A DNA stretch of 64,000 nt from Thermoplasmata archaeon (lineage in GTDB: Archaea; Thermoplasmatota; Thermoplasmata; Thermoplasmatales; Thermoplasmataceae): contig JAKAUW010000082.1 of the NCBI GenBank assembly GCA_021817455.1, positions 42,904 through 106,903 of the forward strand. Direction: 5' to 3'. Under the pieces are notes generated by a model that did not search any database, had not been told where the DNA came from, and worked only from the letters and a program-made list of their open reading frames with translations. A program made the translations under genes and the position numbers. Position 1 is the stretch's first letter, and every line of letters begins with the position of its first letter. This document shows, in pieces, positions 63,782-64,000 of the stretch.

Positions 63782-64000
63782 TCATTTCACTATCAGGACA
63801 GGAACCTTTGAGTTTGTAACCATGGCATGGGACACGCTTCCCAGCATCATACCCCGGAATCCACCAAGCCCGCGGGAGCCCATTATTATGAGGTCACAGG
63901 CAGAATCCTTGGCTGCATTGAGCAGTGATTCAGGTACTGAAACTGTCCCTCCTAGGTACTTGATATCCAGGGTAACATTTGCGGCCGTTGCCTTCTTCGA
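63782..64000 (-). CDS. universal stress protein, C-terminal part (5' end beyond window)
   Basis: The minus strand translates to ...DLIIMGSRGLGGFRGMMLGSVSHAMVTNSKVPVLIVK*, the classical USP ATP-binding tail. It is absent from the ORF track because no start codon lies inside the window. Confidence 0.75.
   Translation of the reverse strand, partial: SKKATAANVTLDIKYLGGTVSVPESLLNAAKDSACDLIIMGSRGLGGFRGMMLGSVSHAMVTNSKVPVLIVK

Overview
This is a gene-dense (roughly 90% coding) chromosomal segment from an archaeon, most plausibly a Thermoplasmata-like, wall-less acidophile. The evidence for that is glycerol-1-phosphate dehydrogenase (egsA), deoxyhypusine synthase, archaeal uS12/uS7, an AsnRS-like archaeal AsnA, UPF0179, HTH_10 (Bat-like) regulators and secreted proteins saturated with N-glycosylation sequons. 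AT-rich TATA-like boxes sit about 25-30 nt upstream of starts, and many gene pairs overlap by 1-4 nt. Most of the content is housekeeping, metabolism and stress response: serine and heme (hemA/hemL) biosynthesis, two alkylation-repair glycosylases, a coxMSL-ordered molybdenum hydroxylase with XdhC and MocA-like maturation genes, and a Dps/DtxR/CoA-disulfide-reductase/USP stress and metal block. I saw no rRNA, CRISPR array, transposase or integrase. There is one tRNA, tRNA-Val(GAC). Six items deserve follow-up. (1) An AT-rich islet at about 26.5-31.5 kb carries a SauUSI-type PLD-helicase-DUF3427 enzyme next to a zinc-ribbon HNH nuclease. It has imperfect flanking direct repeats and lies 0.6 kb from the tRNA. 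(2) A cluster at 20-26.5 kb combines two paralogous hemerythrin-like proteins, a DUF2249-cupin fusion, membrane proteins, NDH-2 and a secreted cupredoxin whose CuA-like site is rewired to H...CxCxCG. (3) A Bat-like regulator is split by an in-frame TGA, and its HTH domain survives as a 54-aa ORF absent from the ORF track. (4) Perfect palindromic operator candidates lie in front of the DtxR-family, HxlR-family and hemerythrin/ndh genes. (5) An acetamidase gene has family-conserved N-terminal sequence upstream of any canonical start, consistent with a CTG start embedded in the upstream stop (CTGA). (6) There is an orphan beta-class SPPY DNA methyltransferase. All functional calls come from motif recognition by eye. 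No database search was run.
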